Positions 20,097 through 29,624 are shown, counted from the stretch's first letter. The stretch: 64,000 nt of DNA from Candidatus Doudnabacteria bacterium (GCA_016182875.1 JACPFQ010000004.1:183556-247555), one strand, 5' to 3'. Notes: generated from the letters alone by a model not told the origin. Made by a program: numbers and translations.

Positions 20097-22958
20097 ATGA
20101 CAGAAAAGATCACCGTCCGCGGCGCCCGGGTCCATAATCTCAAGAACATCAACGTCGATATCCCCAGGAACAAACTCGTGGTCATCACGGGTCTTTCGGG
20201 CAGCGGCAAATCCTCGCTGGCATTCGATACTATATATGCCGAAGGCCAGAGACGCTACGTGGAGTCCCTCTCTGCGTATGCCAGGCAGTTTTTGGGCTTG
20301 ATGGATAAGCCGGACGTGGACAAAATCGAAGGTTTGTCGCCAGCCATCTCCATTGACCAAAAATCCGCTTCGCATAACCCCCGCTCCACGGTCGGCACGG
20401 TTACGGAAATTTATGATTATTTAAGATTGCTGTTTGCCCGGGCAGGCACTCCTCACTGCGCTGTTTGCGGCAAGCAGATCATCGGCCAGTCCGTAACGCA
20501 AATGGTCGACCAGATTGTATCCTGGCCGCAATCAACAAAAATCGTCATTTTGGCGCCAATGGTTAAGGATCAGAAAGGCGAGCACAAGCATTTGTTGGAG
20601 GAGCTTAAGAAGACCGGCTACCAGAGGGTCCGAGTGGACAGTACGATTATGGATATTTCCGAGGCTCTGAATTTGAACATCGATAAGAAAAAGAAGCACA
20701 CCATCGATGTCGTCGTGGACAGGCTCGCTTTGGATTCCGAAGACCGCGCCCGCATTGCCGATTCGCTCGAAACCGCGCTTGATTTGGGCAATGATGCGGT
20801 CATCGTGCAGAAAGGGGGTAATGGGGATAATGGGAGTAAAGGGCAAGAAATATTGTTTTCTGCCAACTTCACTTGCCCCGATGGCCACATGAGTTTACCT
20901 GAGCTTAATCCCAGGAATTTTTCGTTTAATTCTCCGCACGGCGCCTGCCCTGACTGTACGGGACTTGGCACTAGGCTGGAAATCGATCCCGAATTGGTCA
21001 TCCCAAATCAGAAGCTGACTCTGGCTGAAGGAGCGGTCCGGCCGTGGAGCAAGACGACTTCGCGTTTGAGCTGGTATTCGGAAATCTTGGAGGAACTGGC
21101 TGAGCGGTTTGGCAGTTCGGTGCATACGCCGGTGAAGGATTTGCCCAAAAAATTCGTGGACGCGGTGCTGTACGGCTCAGGTTCATTCGAAGGCGTGATC
21201 AACAACCTCATGCGCCGGTACAAGGAAACCGACTCCGATTACATGCGGTCGGAAATTGAGCAGTATATGAGAATTAAAACCTGTCCGACCTGCAAAGGCA
21301 AAAGACTCAAACCCGAATTTTTGGCCGTAACCGTGTTTAATCGCTCCATTGTCGATTTGGCGAATTTGCACATCGACGACGCGCTGGAGTTCTTCGAAAC
21401 GCTCCCCAAAAAACTTTCGGAAAAGGAACAAAAAATCGCCCATCAGATTCTCAAGGAGATTTCCCTTCGGCTTAAATTTTTGCAGGACGTCGGCTTAAAT
21501 TACCTGACCCTCGACCGCTCAGCCGACACGCTTTCCGGGGGCGAAGCGCAAAGAATCCGGCTGGCGACCCAGATTGGTTCCGGCCTGACCGGGGTTTTAT
21601 ACATTCTAGACGAGCCGTCAATCGGGCTTCACCAGCGGGACAACGCCCGGCTGCTCAGAACGCTTAAAAGTTTGCGTGATTTGGGCAATACCGTAATCGT
21701 GGTTGAGCACGACGAGGAAACGATTAATGCTTCGGATTGGGTGGTGGATATCGGTCCCGGAGCCGGCAAGCACGGCGGGCATGTGGTGGCCGAAGGAACC
21801 CCGAAAGAGATTAGCCGGAACAAATCCTCCTTGACCGGCAAGTACTTGGCCGGAATAGAATCAATTCCACTGCCAGAAGCAAGGCGGCCGGGCAGCAGCC
21901 GGACCCTGAAAATTGTCGGCGCGTCCGAGTTTAATTTGAAAGATATAGACGTCGAAGTGCCCCTGGGCAAGTTTGTTTGCTTAACCGGAGTTTCCGGCAG
22001 CGGTAAATCAACTCTGCTCAACGAAATTTTGGCCAAAGCCTTGTCAGCTTATTTTTACAACGCCAAAGAGTCGCCCGGGGCGCATAAGAAAATTCTGGGA
22101 ATCGAAAACATTGATAAAATCATAAATATCGACCAGTCTCCGATTGGACGCACGCCGCGCTCCAACCCCGCCACCTATACCGGCGTCTTTACCTATATCC
22201 GGGATTTGTTTGCCGCCACGCCGGAAGCCAGAATGCGCGGGTACAAAGCAGGGAGGTTCAGCTTCAACGTCAAAGGCGGGCGGTGCGAAGTCTGCGGCGG
22301 TGACGGCGTAATCAAGATTGAAATGCATTTTTTGCCGGATGTCTATGTGGCCTGCGAGGAGTGCAAAGGCAAGCGCTACAACAAAGAGGCGCTGGACATC
22401 CACTATAAAGGCAAAAATATCTCCGATGTTTTGGAGATGACCGTGGATGAAGCGCATGTGTTCTTCCGCAACGTGCCGCTGATTGCCCGCAAGCTGGAAA
22501 CCTTGTCTCTGGTGGGGCTGGGTTATATGCACCTCGGTCAGCAGGCGACCACGCTTTCCGGCGGTGAGGCGCAAAGAATCAAGCTCGCTACCGAACTTTC
22601 CCGCGCCTCGACCGGCAAGACTTTGTATATTTTGGATGAGCCGACCACTGGCTTGCATTTTGAGGATGTAAAAAGGCTTTTGGGGGTACTTAATCGTTTA
22701 GTCGAAAAAGGCAATACAGTTCTTGTGATTGAACACAACCTCGACGTAATCAAGAATGCGGACTGGGTAATTGATTTGGGACCTGAAGGCGGCGACAAGG
22801 GCGGGGAAGTGGTGGCTATCGGCACTCCCGAGGATGTGGCCAAGGTCAAGCGGAGCTACACCGGCCAATACTTAGTAAGGGTTTTGTCCGCCAAAGGCGG
22901 ATCCGCCTCCGGCGGAAAAGAAAAAGAGAAGGTAAAGGAAAAAGTGAGAGTGAAATAG
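20097..22958 (+). CDS. uvrA: excinuclease ABC subunit A
   Basis: [23 protein letters not shown], two [11 protein letters not shown] signatures, Zn fingers. Confidence 0.97.
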   Translation: MTEKITVRGARVHNLKNINVDIPRNKLVVITGLSGSGKSSLAFDTIYAEGQRRYVESLSAYARQFLGLMDKPDVDKIEGLSPAISIDQKSASHNPRSTVGTVTEIYDYLRLLFARAGTPHCAVCGKQIIGQSVTQMVDQIVSWPQSTKIVILAPMVKDQKGEHKHLLEELKKTGYQRVRVDSTIMDISEALNLNIDKKKKHTIDVVVDRLALDSEDRARIADSLETALDLGNDAVIVQKGGNGDNGSKGQEILFSANFTCPDGHMSLPELNPRNFSFNSPHGACPDCTGLGTRLEIDPELVIPNQKLTLAEGAVRPWSKTTSRLSWYSEILEELAERFGSSVHTPVKDLPKKFVDAVLYGSGSFEGVINNLMRRYKETDSDYMRSEIEQYMRIKTCPTCKGKRLKPEFLAVTVFNRSIVDLANLHIDDALEFFETLPKKLSEKEQKIAHQILKEISLRLKFLQDVGLNYLTLDRSADTLSGGEAQRIRLATQIGSGLTGVLYILDEPSIGLHQRDNARLLRTLKSLRDLGNTVIVVEHDEETINASDWVVDIGPGAGKHGGHVVAEGTPKEISRNKSSLTGKYLAGIESIPLPEARRPGSSRTLKIVGASEFNLKDIDVEVPLGKFVCLTGVSGSGKSTLLNEILAKALSAYFYNAKESPGAHKKILGIENIDKIINIDQSPIGRTPRSNPATYTGVFTYIRDLFAATPEARMRGYKAGRFSFNVKGGRCEVCGGDGVIKIEMHFLPDVYVACEECKGKRYNKEALDIHYKGKNISDVLEMTVDEAHVFFRNVPLIARKLETLSLVGLGYMHLGQQATTLSGGEAQRIKLATELSRASTGKTLYILDEPTTGLHFEDVKRLLGVLNRLVEKGNTVLVIEHNLDVIKNADWVIDLGPEGGDKGGEVVAIGTPEDVAKVKRSYTGQYLVRVLSAKGGSASGGKEKEKVKEKVRVK

Positions 22959-22959
22959 T

Positions 22960-22987
22960 AAAACCCCCGCCGTCGGCGGGGGTTTTT
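22960..22987 (+). terminator. intrinsic terminator after uvrA
   Basis: AAAACCCCCGCC-GTC-GGCGGGGGTTTTT. Confidence 0.8.
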
Positions 22988-22991
22988 GTTC

Positions 22992-23036
22992 TTGACAATC
23001 CTTGTCTTATTGATATATCATACTAGCATGTTAGCA
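22992..23036 (+). promoter_or_regulatory. sigma70 -35 box and candidate TrpR-family operator overlapping the start codon
   Basis: TTGACA at 22992; imperfect palindrome TACTAGCATGTTAGCA at 23021-23036 resembles the ACTAG-CTAGT TrpR operator. Confidence 0.45.
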
Positions 23037-23333
23037 TACAGCAGTAAAGACAATAGTTGGAAGAATAAGGATACTGATAAGCTATTTGAGGCTATTTTGA
23101 AGCTCAAGACAGTGGCTGAATGCGAAGATTTTTTTCGCGACTTGCTGACTTTGGCCGAACTCAAAGAGTTTGCCAACCGGTTCAAGATGGCTCGCATGCT
23201 TGCTTATACAAGGAAGCCTTATTGGCGTATTGCTAAGGATGCTCATACTACTACGGCAACCGTAACTCGGGTGGCGCATTGGTTAAAACATGGTATGGGA
23301 GGTTACCGTTTGATCTTAAATAGACTTAGGTAA
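23028..23333 (+). CDS. TrpR-like (YerC/YecD) transcriptional regulator
   Basis: LFEAILKLKT..EC..FFRDLLT..EL, R..MARML, Y..IA....TTTATVTRVAHWLKHG.GGY. Confidence 0.9.
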   Translation: MLAYSSKDNSWKNKDTDKLFEAILKLKTVAECEDFFRDLLTLAELKEFANRFKMARMLAYTRKPYWRIAKDAHTTTATVTRVAHWLKHGMGGYRLILNRLR

Positions 23334-23405
23334 TAGACTGCTTCGCTAATCGCTCGCAGATGCGCCATTTGCGAGGAGGCGAAGCCGACGAAGCAATCTA
23401 AACAC

Positions 23406-23527
23406 ATGCAAAACATTTTTTCTAAACTTAGCCATCATACCAACCCTTTCCCGCTTGGAGAGGTTGGTTAGGTATGCTTTAAGAAAAATTTTTCTTCCCA
23501 ACCCCTGCAAGCCTGCCGGGGTTTTTA
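23406..23527 (+). promoter_or_regulatory. putative leader peptide (MQNIFSKLSHHTNPFPLGEVG*) plus attenuator-like terminator
   Basis: 21-codon ORF 23406-23471. GGTTGG (23462) can pair with CCAACC at 23440 or at 23498, the latter being the 5' arm of the hairpin that ends in GGGGTTTTT. Confidence 0.45.
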
Positions 23528-23544
23528 ATTAAGCTTGATATTTT

Positions 23545-24807
23545 ATGAGAAAAATTCAAATAGGTGTTATGGGATCAATGGCTGATCTAAACTATTCCAA
23601 AGCTACTGAAAAGCTAGCAGAAGAAGTCGGGTTTTGGATTGCTAAAAATGGAGCGGCACTGATTTTTGGGGCGGAAAAAGATGGCGATAGTCTTTCAACA
23701 GCCGCTTGTCGCGGTGCTAAAAAAACTAAAGGCATAACGATCGGTGTAACCTACGCTAAAGGATTGGATGTTTTTGAAAAAAATAATATTGATGTGGTAA
23801 TTGCAACGGGCTTAGAAAGAGGTGGTGGCCGAGAATTGCCACTTGTCTTAAGTTGCGATGCAGTTATTACTTTAAATGGCGGATCAGGAACTCTTACAGA
23901 AGTTGCAATTGCATATCAAGCTAATATTCCCATAGTTGTCCTAAAAGCAACCGGTGGGTGGAGCGGCAGGTTAGCCGGGCAGTATTTAGATGATAGAAAA
24001 CGTATCAAAGCGGAAATTGCTAACAGTCCCAAAGAGGCTGTTCTAAAAGCGTTAGATTTAATTGCACTAAAGCAAGCAAAACAAAAAGATATTTTGGTAC
24101 TGACTGCTGTCCACGGGGACGAATCGATTGGCGTCAGAGCTATGAGAATAATTGATAAGCGAATTCCTGATAACCGTTTTGCTTGGACAATCGCTAACGA
24201 AAAAGCTTTATCTAAAAATCAAAGATTTGTAGATGCCGACCTGAATCGAGCTGCACCAGGCAATAAAAATTCCAAGCAGTATGAAGTTCGCAGAGCATCG
24301 GAACTGTTGAAGTTAGCAAATAATTATCGCTATGTGTTTGATATCCACGGAACAAGTGCCAACTCGGGGATCTTTACGATTGTCACAAATCCGACCCTGG
24401 AAAATTTAGCGTTGGCTTCAATTCTCCCCATAGATAATATTGTTATTTGGATTTCCCAACCCCGAAAAAAATCAGGGCCAATTACCCAGTTTGTTAAGTG
24501 CGGATTGGAAATTGAATGCGGCTTAAAAAATTCACCAAAAACCTTGAAGCAACTAGCTAAAATTTTGGAGGAGATAAACGGTAAGAGTATCGATTATTCG
24601 AATCTTAACCTGAAAGGAAAAAACTTATTCCAAGTTTATGGGAAGCTGATGAAGTCTGAAATTAATAACAAAAATTATAAAAAACTTAAGGACTTCAAAA
24701 AGACTAAAATCAATACAGAGATTTTCTTCCCTCTTTTAGTAGGTCGGTACCTAGGATTAGCCTGTTATAAAATGCGGAAATTGAACCATCGCGACCACCC
24801 TTTATAA
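23545..24807 (+). CDS. LOG-family (TIGR00725-like) domain fused to a succinylglutamate desuccinylase/aspartoacylase-like domain
   Basis: N-part: IGVMGS, GGSGTLTEVAIAY, GGWS. C-part: VHGDE, RFVDADLNR, DIHGT, LEIECG. Confidence 0.75.
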   Translation: MRKIQIGVMGSMADLNYSKATEKLAEEVGFWIAKNGAALIFGAEKDGDSLSTAACRGAKKTKGITIGVTYAKGLDVFEKNNIDVVIATGLERGGGRELPLVLSCDAVITLNGGSGTLTEVAIAYQANIPIVVLKATGGWSGRLAGQYLDDRKRIKAEIANSPKEAVLKALDLIALKQAKQKDILVLTAVHGDESIGVRAMRIIDKRIPDNRFAWTIANEKALSKNQRFVDADLNRAAPGNKNSKQYEVRRASELLKLANNYRYVFDIHGTSANSGIFTIVTNPTLENLALASILPIDNIVIWISQPRKKSGPITQFVKCGLEIECGLKNSPKTLKQLAKILEEINGKSIDYSNLNLKGKNLFQVYGKLMKSEINNKNYKKLKDFKKTKINTEIFFPLLVGRYLGLACYKMRKLNHRDHPL

Positions 24808-24907
24808 GAAGAGATTGGTTGTGTTTGGCTTGGTTACTTAACACCTTCAATCCCTTCTTAGAAGGGATTTTTTATTCTAAGAAATTTATCAAGATTGAGG
24901 AGGAATT

Positions 24908-25618
24908 ATGAAGCGACTCACAGCAGTGTCGACGTTCGTGGATGATGTCCTGCTTAATGAACAGGAACAAGTGCTCGAAGTTCGCGTAGGCGGCCCGGCA
25001 GAATTCTTCCGGCGGGTGTTTGAAAAAACATCACAACCAGTTCAACTGATTACAGGCCGCCGAATGCAAGTCAGGATCAAGGTAGTTCTAGGCATGCCGC
25101 AAGTTGGGAGGGTTGTTGATGCTGGAGACATGCAATCACTACCCCAAATCAACTCACCGAACTTGCTGCTTTCCAGCTTGGCTCGGGAATGGAATGTTCT
25201 GCCCCTGAAGGATTATCTCGGCAGAGTGTTTCTGGATGTCCAAGGTTTCGTTAGGAATCCCAGCGCTGGATTTGGTCGGAAGCAAGTGTGGAGTGAAATC
25301 GAACTAATCGCTTCGAACTTGTTTTGCATCAAGGCCACCGAACTAGAACTTAGATTTCTGCCGCCGTCGTTCGTGCAAGATCAGATCGAGAACCGTTGTC
25401 TTCTGTTGACCAAGGGTCCGCAAGGGTCAGAGATCTTTTTCCGCGGACAGGCCCAGGTCTACGAACCCGAAGAATCACTTAATCCTCCAGATACCTTGGG
25501 GGCCGGTGATACATACCTGGCGACGTTCACCAAGGAATTCATCCAGCACGAAGACTGGCGAGCCGCAGGTTTGGCCGCCAGTCAAGCAGCGTTCCGTTTC
25601 CTCAAAGCGAAAGGATGA
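24908..25618 (+). CDS. PfkB/ribokinase-family carbohydrate kinase
   Basis: VGGPA near the N-terminus, LDVQGFVR, TKGPQGS, DTLGAGDTY. Confidence 0.8.
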   Translation: MKRLTAVSTFVDDVLLNEQEQVLEVRVGGPAEFFRRVFEKTSQPVQLITGRRMQVRIKVVLGMPQVGRVVDAGDMQSLPQINSPNLLLSSLAREWNVLPLKDYLGRVFLDVQGFVRNPSAGFGRKQVWSEIELIASNLFCIKATELELRFLPPSFVQDQIENRCLLLTKGPQGSEIFFRGQAQVYEPEESLNPPDTLGAGDTYLATFTKEFIQHEDWRAAGLAASQAAFRFLKAKG

Positions 25619-26151
25619 CAGACATGAAAATCAGAGATCTGACAGCAGCCGATCTTATCGGCGTCCGACAGATTTACCGAGAAGCGTTTGCCGGATTTCC
25701 TTGGTTCGAAACGGTGACAGACGCTGAAATCGATTCGAGGTTTAACAGTGTGATGTCAGGGTTGGTCGCGGTCCAGGACAATTCGGTCGTTGGGGCGACC
25801 TGGTGGGAGGTTATAACGATCGAAAAACTCAGACAAGAACGCGGCGAGGAACTGGTCCGATTCGCCAACACGTTTCGAGAAGAACATCTCAAATATGTCT
25901 GGGTAAGGGAAACCATAGTCTTACCGTCGCATCAAGGTCAAGGAATCGGCTTGATGCTCAAACAGGACTCCATCAAGCGCCTTCACGAGGTCTACAAGCC
26001 AGTAATGATTCTGACACGGATGAGAGATGACAACCTGCCTATCATTCGGATTGCAGAACGATGTGGATTCGCTAGGACCGGAATCAAGGTCCCCGATAGC
26101 CAAGTGCTTGTCAATCATGAGTACTGGTATTACAAGGAGGTAAGTCGATGA
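25615..26151 (+). CDS. GNAT family acetyltransferase
   Basis: VLPSHQGQGIG acetyl-CoA motif, N..IIRIAERCGF; ATGA overlap with both neighbours. Confidence 0.8.
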   Translation: MTDMKIRDLTAADLIGVRQIYREAFAGFPWFETVTDAEIDSRFNSVMSGLVAVQDNSVVGATWWEVITIEKLRQERGEELVRFANTFREEHLKYVWVRETIVLPSHQGQGIGLMLKQDSIKRLHEVYKPVMILTRMRDDNLPIIRIAERCGFARTGIKVPDSQVLVNHEYWYYKEVSR

Positions 26152-27005
26152 AGCCTTTCGTCATTTCTGAAGACGCTGAAACCCTTCTGCATAAGTGGGC
26201 GGAAGTCCGGGGATTCCAGTTACCGAGTCGAGCATTCTTCGCAGGGCTGCTGGATGAGATGGTGGGAATGCTTGAGAAAATCTTTAGCGAGGTGATTCTT
26301 GCTGAAGAGGCAGCCATCAGCAGCCAGCTTGTCCAATGGGTACATGCAAGCGGATTACCAGCGGTTTCGATGGACGGCGTCTATTTTCAATCCGAACACA
26401 CGATTCAAGTCAACCGCGCTGTAGACCAGTTCGGCAACGATATTGGTTTGTTCCCCAGGCCTGGCGCACCATCGCTTTGTGAGCAGTGTCAAGTCATCAA
26501 GGACCGAGAACTGACTGAGATAGTACTCGTCGACGACGTAGTTTTCAGTGGCCACCAAATCGTCTTGGTAATTGAGGGACTTGCCGATCTGAACGTGCGC
26601 GTAGTCAAAGTGCTTGCCGGGATTTCAATTGGGATGGGAGAAACTCTCCTCGCCGAAAAAGGCGTGGACTACGTATCCGTCTACCCTATCCCTGAAGTTG
26701 TAGACGAAATCTGTCAGCGAGACTTTCTGCCTGGAACACCTCGTTGCGGTCGCTACTTGGCAGGCAGTAAGAATACTGGGCTACCGTATTTACTGCCGTT
26801 CGGCAATCCAGGCAAGTGGGCATCTATTCCAGAGAATTGGCAGTTGCCATTTTCTCAATTCTGTATTGATCGCGCGATTCGGGTTTTCGAAGCGATCGAA
26901 AAAGAGTCTGGGAGGGTGGTTCATTGTTTGGATCTGGATAGAAAAGTATTTTCGTTGCCCAAGGACGGTACACGCTTCGTGGATGCACTGCGGCGTTTGC
27001 TCTGA
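26148..27005 (+). CDS. phosphoribosyltransferase-like protein
   Basis: IVLVDDVVFSG PRPP-binding loop; DEICQRDF, PYLLPFG. Confidence 0.65.
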   Translation: MKPFVISEDAETLLHKWAEVRGFQLPSRAFFAGLLDEMVGMLEKIFSEVILAEEAAISSQLVQWVHASGLPAVSMDGVYFQSEHTIQVNRAVDQFGNDIGLFPRPGAPSLCEQCQVIKDRELTEIVLVDDVVFSGHQIVLVIEGLADLNVRVVKVLAGISIGMGETLLAEKGVDYVSVYPIPEVVDEICQRDFLPGTPRCGRYLAGSKNTGLPYLLPFGNPGKWASIPENWQLPFSQFCIDRAIRVFEAIEKESGRVVHCLDLDRKVFSLPKDGTRFVDALRRLL

Positions 27006-27064
27006 TGGGTGAGGCCATGATTCGGCAACGAGTCCTCTGGCCCTTTTTATTTGCTTAGGCCTTG

Positions 27065-27129
27065 ACCCCGTTAGAAATAAGACGCCAACGGTGTCTGCCG
27101 ATACGCAAGTATTGGATTTCTAACGGGGT
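27065..27129. repeat. ACCCCGTTAGAAAT...ATTTCTAACGGGGT palindromic element
   Basis: 14-bp perfect terminal inverted repeat around a short spacer. Confidence 0.7.
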
Positions 27130-27221
27130 TGACATTTTAGTTTTTCTGGTATCTCAAATGAGCGTACCATAAAAGTATACAGAAATTCGTGGTTTAGGTT
27201 CCCAAAAAGGAGGGTAAAGCC

Positions 27222-27923
27222 GTGCCACGAGAGGATCGCATGTTCGGTGATTTCTACGTTGCGCCAGCCAGGAGCGTTCGGCGCGTGACCATTCGAGTGC
27301 TTGTCGGCAGTTTCTGGCTTCTGCTGTTCGTTGCATTTGGTTATAGTCGGGCAGTGGCGATTGACAGTCTGCCAAGGGTGGACACGATGATGAAGATCGT
27401 GCTGCCATCCGCGCCCCCGCCCCCGCCACCAGCTCCGGTCCCGCCCAAGAATCAGCCGGAGCGGCCAGTGGTCAGCAAGCCGGACTTTCCGGTAGAGCCG
27501 CCGACCGGCATTCCGCCCGAGCCGCCGTTCGATGTTCCAAGCGTTCGGAACATTCCCGGTGTCATCGACGGAGTTCCTCCCGGCGAGATTCCGGACTTCG
27601 TTCCTCCGCCACCGCCTCCGCCGCCCAAGCCGGTAGAACCCGTACCGGTCGGAGGCAACATCAGGCCGCCACAGCGGCTTGAGCACGTTCCTCCTGAGTA
27701 CCCGGCTATCGCTCGGACGGCACGGGTGCAGGGAATCGTGATCATCCAAGCCACGATCAACGAGACGGGTCGGGTAGTAGAGGTCGAGGTCCTTCGGTCG
27801 ATCCCGCTTCTTGATCAGGCAGCACTTGACGCGGTACGGCAATGGCGCTATACACCAACGCTACTCAACGGTAAACCGGTGCCCGTCATCACGACGGTCA
27901 CGGTGCAGTTCACCCTGCAGTAG
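27222..27923 (+). CDS. TonB C-terminal domain protein (TM, proline-rich linker, TonB_C)
   Basis: PEYPAIARTARVQGIVIIQATINETGRV...LDQAALDAVRQWRYTPTLLNGKPVPV. Confidence 0.88.
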   Translation: MPREDRMFGDFYVAPARSVRRVTIRVLVGSFWLLLFVAFGYSRAVAIDSLPRVDTMMKIVLPSAPPPPPPAPVPPKNQPERPVVSKPDFPVEPPTGIPPEPPFDVPSVRNIPGVIDGVPPGEIPDFVPPPPPPPPKPVEPVPVGGNIRPPQRLEHVPPEYPAIARTARVQGIVIIQATINETGRVVEVEVLRSIPLLDQAALDAVRQWRYTPTLLNGKPVPVITTVTVQFTLQ

Positions 27924-28145
27924 TTTGGTGGACAGTCGTTAAAATTAAATAGGGGTGTTTCCGGCCGGCAGTGCCGACAAACAAAAAACAAACGGCACGC
28001 AAGTAGCCTGGGTAGGAAAACCCCACGACGCCCAGCCAGGACTTTCACAAGCCCTGGCCGGTTTTTTTATTTCTCAAGCCACCTCTCTGTCCGGTCGACG
28101 ACCGGACATCTCTCCTGGGAGGAGAGAAATAATTTGAAAGTTACA

Positions 28146-28209
28146 CTGGCACTTGACAGGGTTGAGTGCTAGGGTTAAAATATTGGCACTCCTAATGTTT
28201 AAGTGCTAA
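28146..28209 (+). promoter_or_regulatory. tandem CIRCE operators overlapping a sigma70 promoter
   Basis: CTGGCACTT-N9-GAGTGCTAG (28146-28172) and TTGGCACTC-N9-AAGTGCTAA (28183-28209); TTGACA(28153)-17 bp-TAAAAT(28176). Confidence 0.9.
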
Positions 28210-28211
28210 CT

Positions 28212-28943
28212 ATGGATACTCGCAAACAGAGGATTTTAGCAGCAATCGTCAAAGAATACTCCGAAACGGCAAATCCTGTGGGCTCCAAGGAACTGGTAGA
28301 CAGGTATAATTTCACGGAAAGCCCTGCCACCATCCGCAACGAAATGGCTGATTTGGAGAAAGATGGCTATATCTTTCAGCCGCATAAATCCGCCGGCCGC
28401 GTCCCCACAGACAAAGGCTATCGGTTTTTCGTCAACGAATTAATGCGCCGGTTTGAATTATCAGAAAAAGAACGCCGGATGCTTAAACACGAACTCCTGA
28501 AATTGCAGGTTCAACAGGAACAGCTGGGACGTTCCATCTCGAATTTACTGTCCCAGGTTTCAGGCCAAGCCGCGTTCGCGCTTCTGCCCAATCAATCCTC
28601 GGCCACCGGGCTTTCGCAAATTATAGGCGAGCCGGAGTTTGCGGATTCCAAGCAAATGAAGCAAGTAGCCCAGTTGCTTGAGCATATTGATGAGCACGCC
28701 AGCAAATTAATTAAAAAATCAGAGATAACAGCAGAAGCGTTTATCGGGAGCGAAGCCAAGTTCCCGGTGCCCAAGAATTTAAGTCTGGTGGTTTCCAATG
28801 TCAAAATGAAAGACGGCAAGAAAGGCGTCATCGGCATCATCGGCCCCAAGCGCATGGCCTATGCCAAGAATTTGTCCATCATTAATTATTTAGCGAAATT
28901 AATAAGCGGCGCTGCAGTGATAATTTTGATAATTAAAATATAA
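28212..28943 (+). CDS. hrcA: heat-inducible transcription repressor HrcA (short form)
   Basis: PVGS, SPATIRNEMADLE, QPHKSAGRVPTDKGYR, GIIGPKRMAY. Confidence 0.93.
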   Translation: MDTRKQRILAAIVKEYSETANPVGSKELVDRYNFTESPATIRNEMADLEKDGYIFQPHKSAGRVPTDKGYRFFVNELMRRFELSEKERRMLKHELLKLQVQQEQLGRSISNLLSQVSGQAAFALLPNQSSATGLSQIIGEPEFADSKQMKQVAQLLEHIDEHASKLIKKSEITAEAFIGSEAKFPVPKNLSLVVSNVKMKDGKKGVIGIIGPKRMAYAKNLSIINYLAKLISGAAVIILIIKI

Positions 28944-28990
28944 AAATTATGAGCAGACTGCCAATTAATATTGTTGGATTACAGTAATTG

Positions 28991-29045
28991 TCATCCTGAG
29001 CGAAGCGAAGGATCTCATGAGATTCTTCACTGCGTTCAGAATGAC
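28991..29045. repeat. GTCATCCTGA...TCAGAATGAC palindromic element (second copy 32063-32118)
   Basis: Inverted termini with internal GAAGGATC; both copies are intergenic within the heat-shock operon. Confidence 0.75.
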
Positions 29046-29055
29046 AAACACGAAT

Positions 29056-29550
29056 ATGTCAGACGAGAATAATCAAACCCAGGAAGCTACAGTTGAGGAA
29101 CTGCAGGCTAAGAACGAAGAATTTTTGAATAACTGGAAGCGCGTAGCGGCGGACTTGGAAAACTTCCGCAAACGCCGCGAAGCGGAGAATAAGGAATTGC
29201 TGGAATTCGCCAAGGAAATGGCGGCAATCAAGCTTCTGCCTTCCCTGCAAAGTCTGGAACAGGTCTTGAAGTTCGCGCCGAATGATGAGAAGTACAAAGG
29301 CTGGCTCGACGGCCTCAAAGCTACGATCTTGCAGCTCGAGAAGGCCATGGAAGAGCTGGGCTTGAAAAAAATCAACACGGTCGGCGAGAATTTCGACCAC
29401 GAACTGCACGAAGCCGTGGAAGAAGCGGAAGGAGAAGACGGTAAAGTTTTAAAAGAATTGCAACCGGGTTTTATGCTGCATAACAAAGTAATCATCCCGG
29501 CCAAGGTCGTGGTCGGAAAAAAGTTAAGCGATTCGAATATAGCGAATTGA
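29056..29550 (+). CDS. grpE: nucleotide exchange factor GrpE
   Basis: WKRVAADLENFRKR, GENFDHELHEAV, ELQPGF, PAKVVV. Confidence 0.93.
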   Translation: MSDENNQTQEATVEELQAKNEEFLNNWKRVAADLENFRKRREAENKELLEFAKEMAAIKLLPSLQSLEQVLKFAPNDEKYKGWLDGLKATILQLEKAMEELGLKKINTVGENFDHELHEAVEEAEGEDGKVLKELQPGFMLHNKVIIPAKVVVGKKLSDSNIAN

Positions 29551-29624
29551 CATGCGAAAGATGCGAATCGATTCGTGTCATTCGAATGTCCAATTCGTGG
29601 CTTCGTATCGCTGAAGGAGTAATT

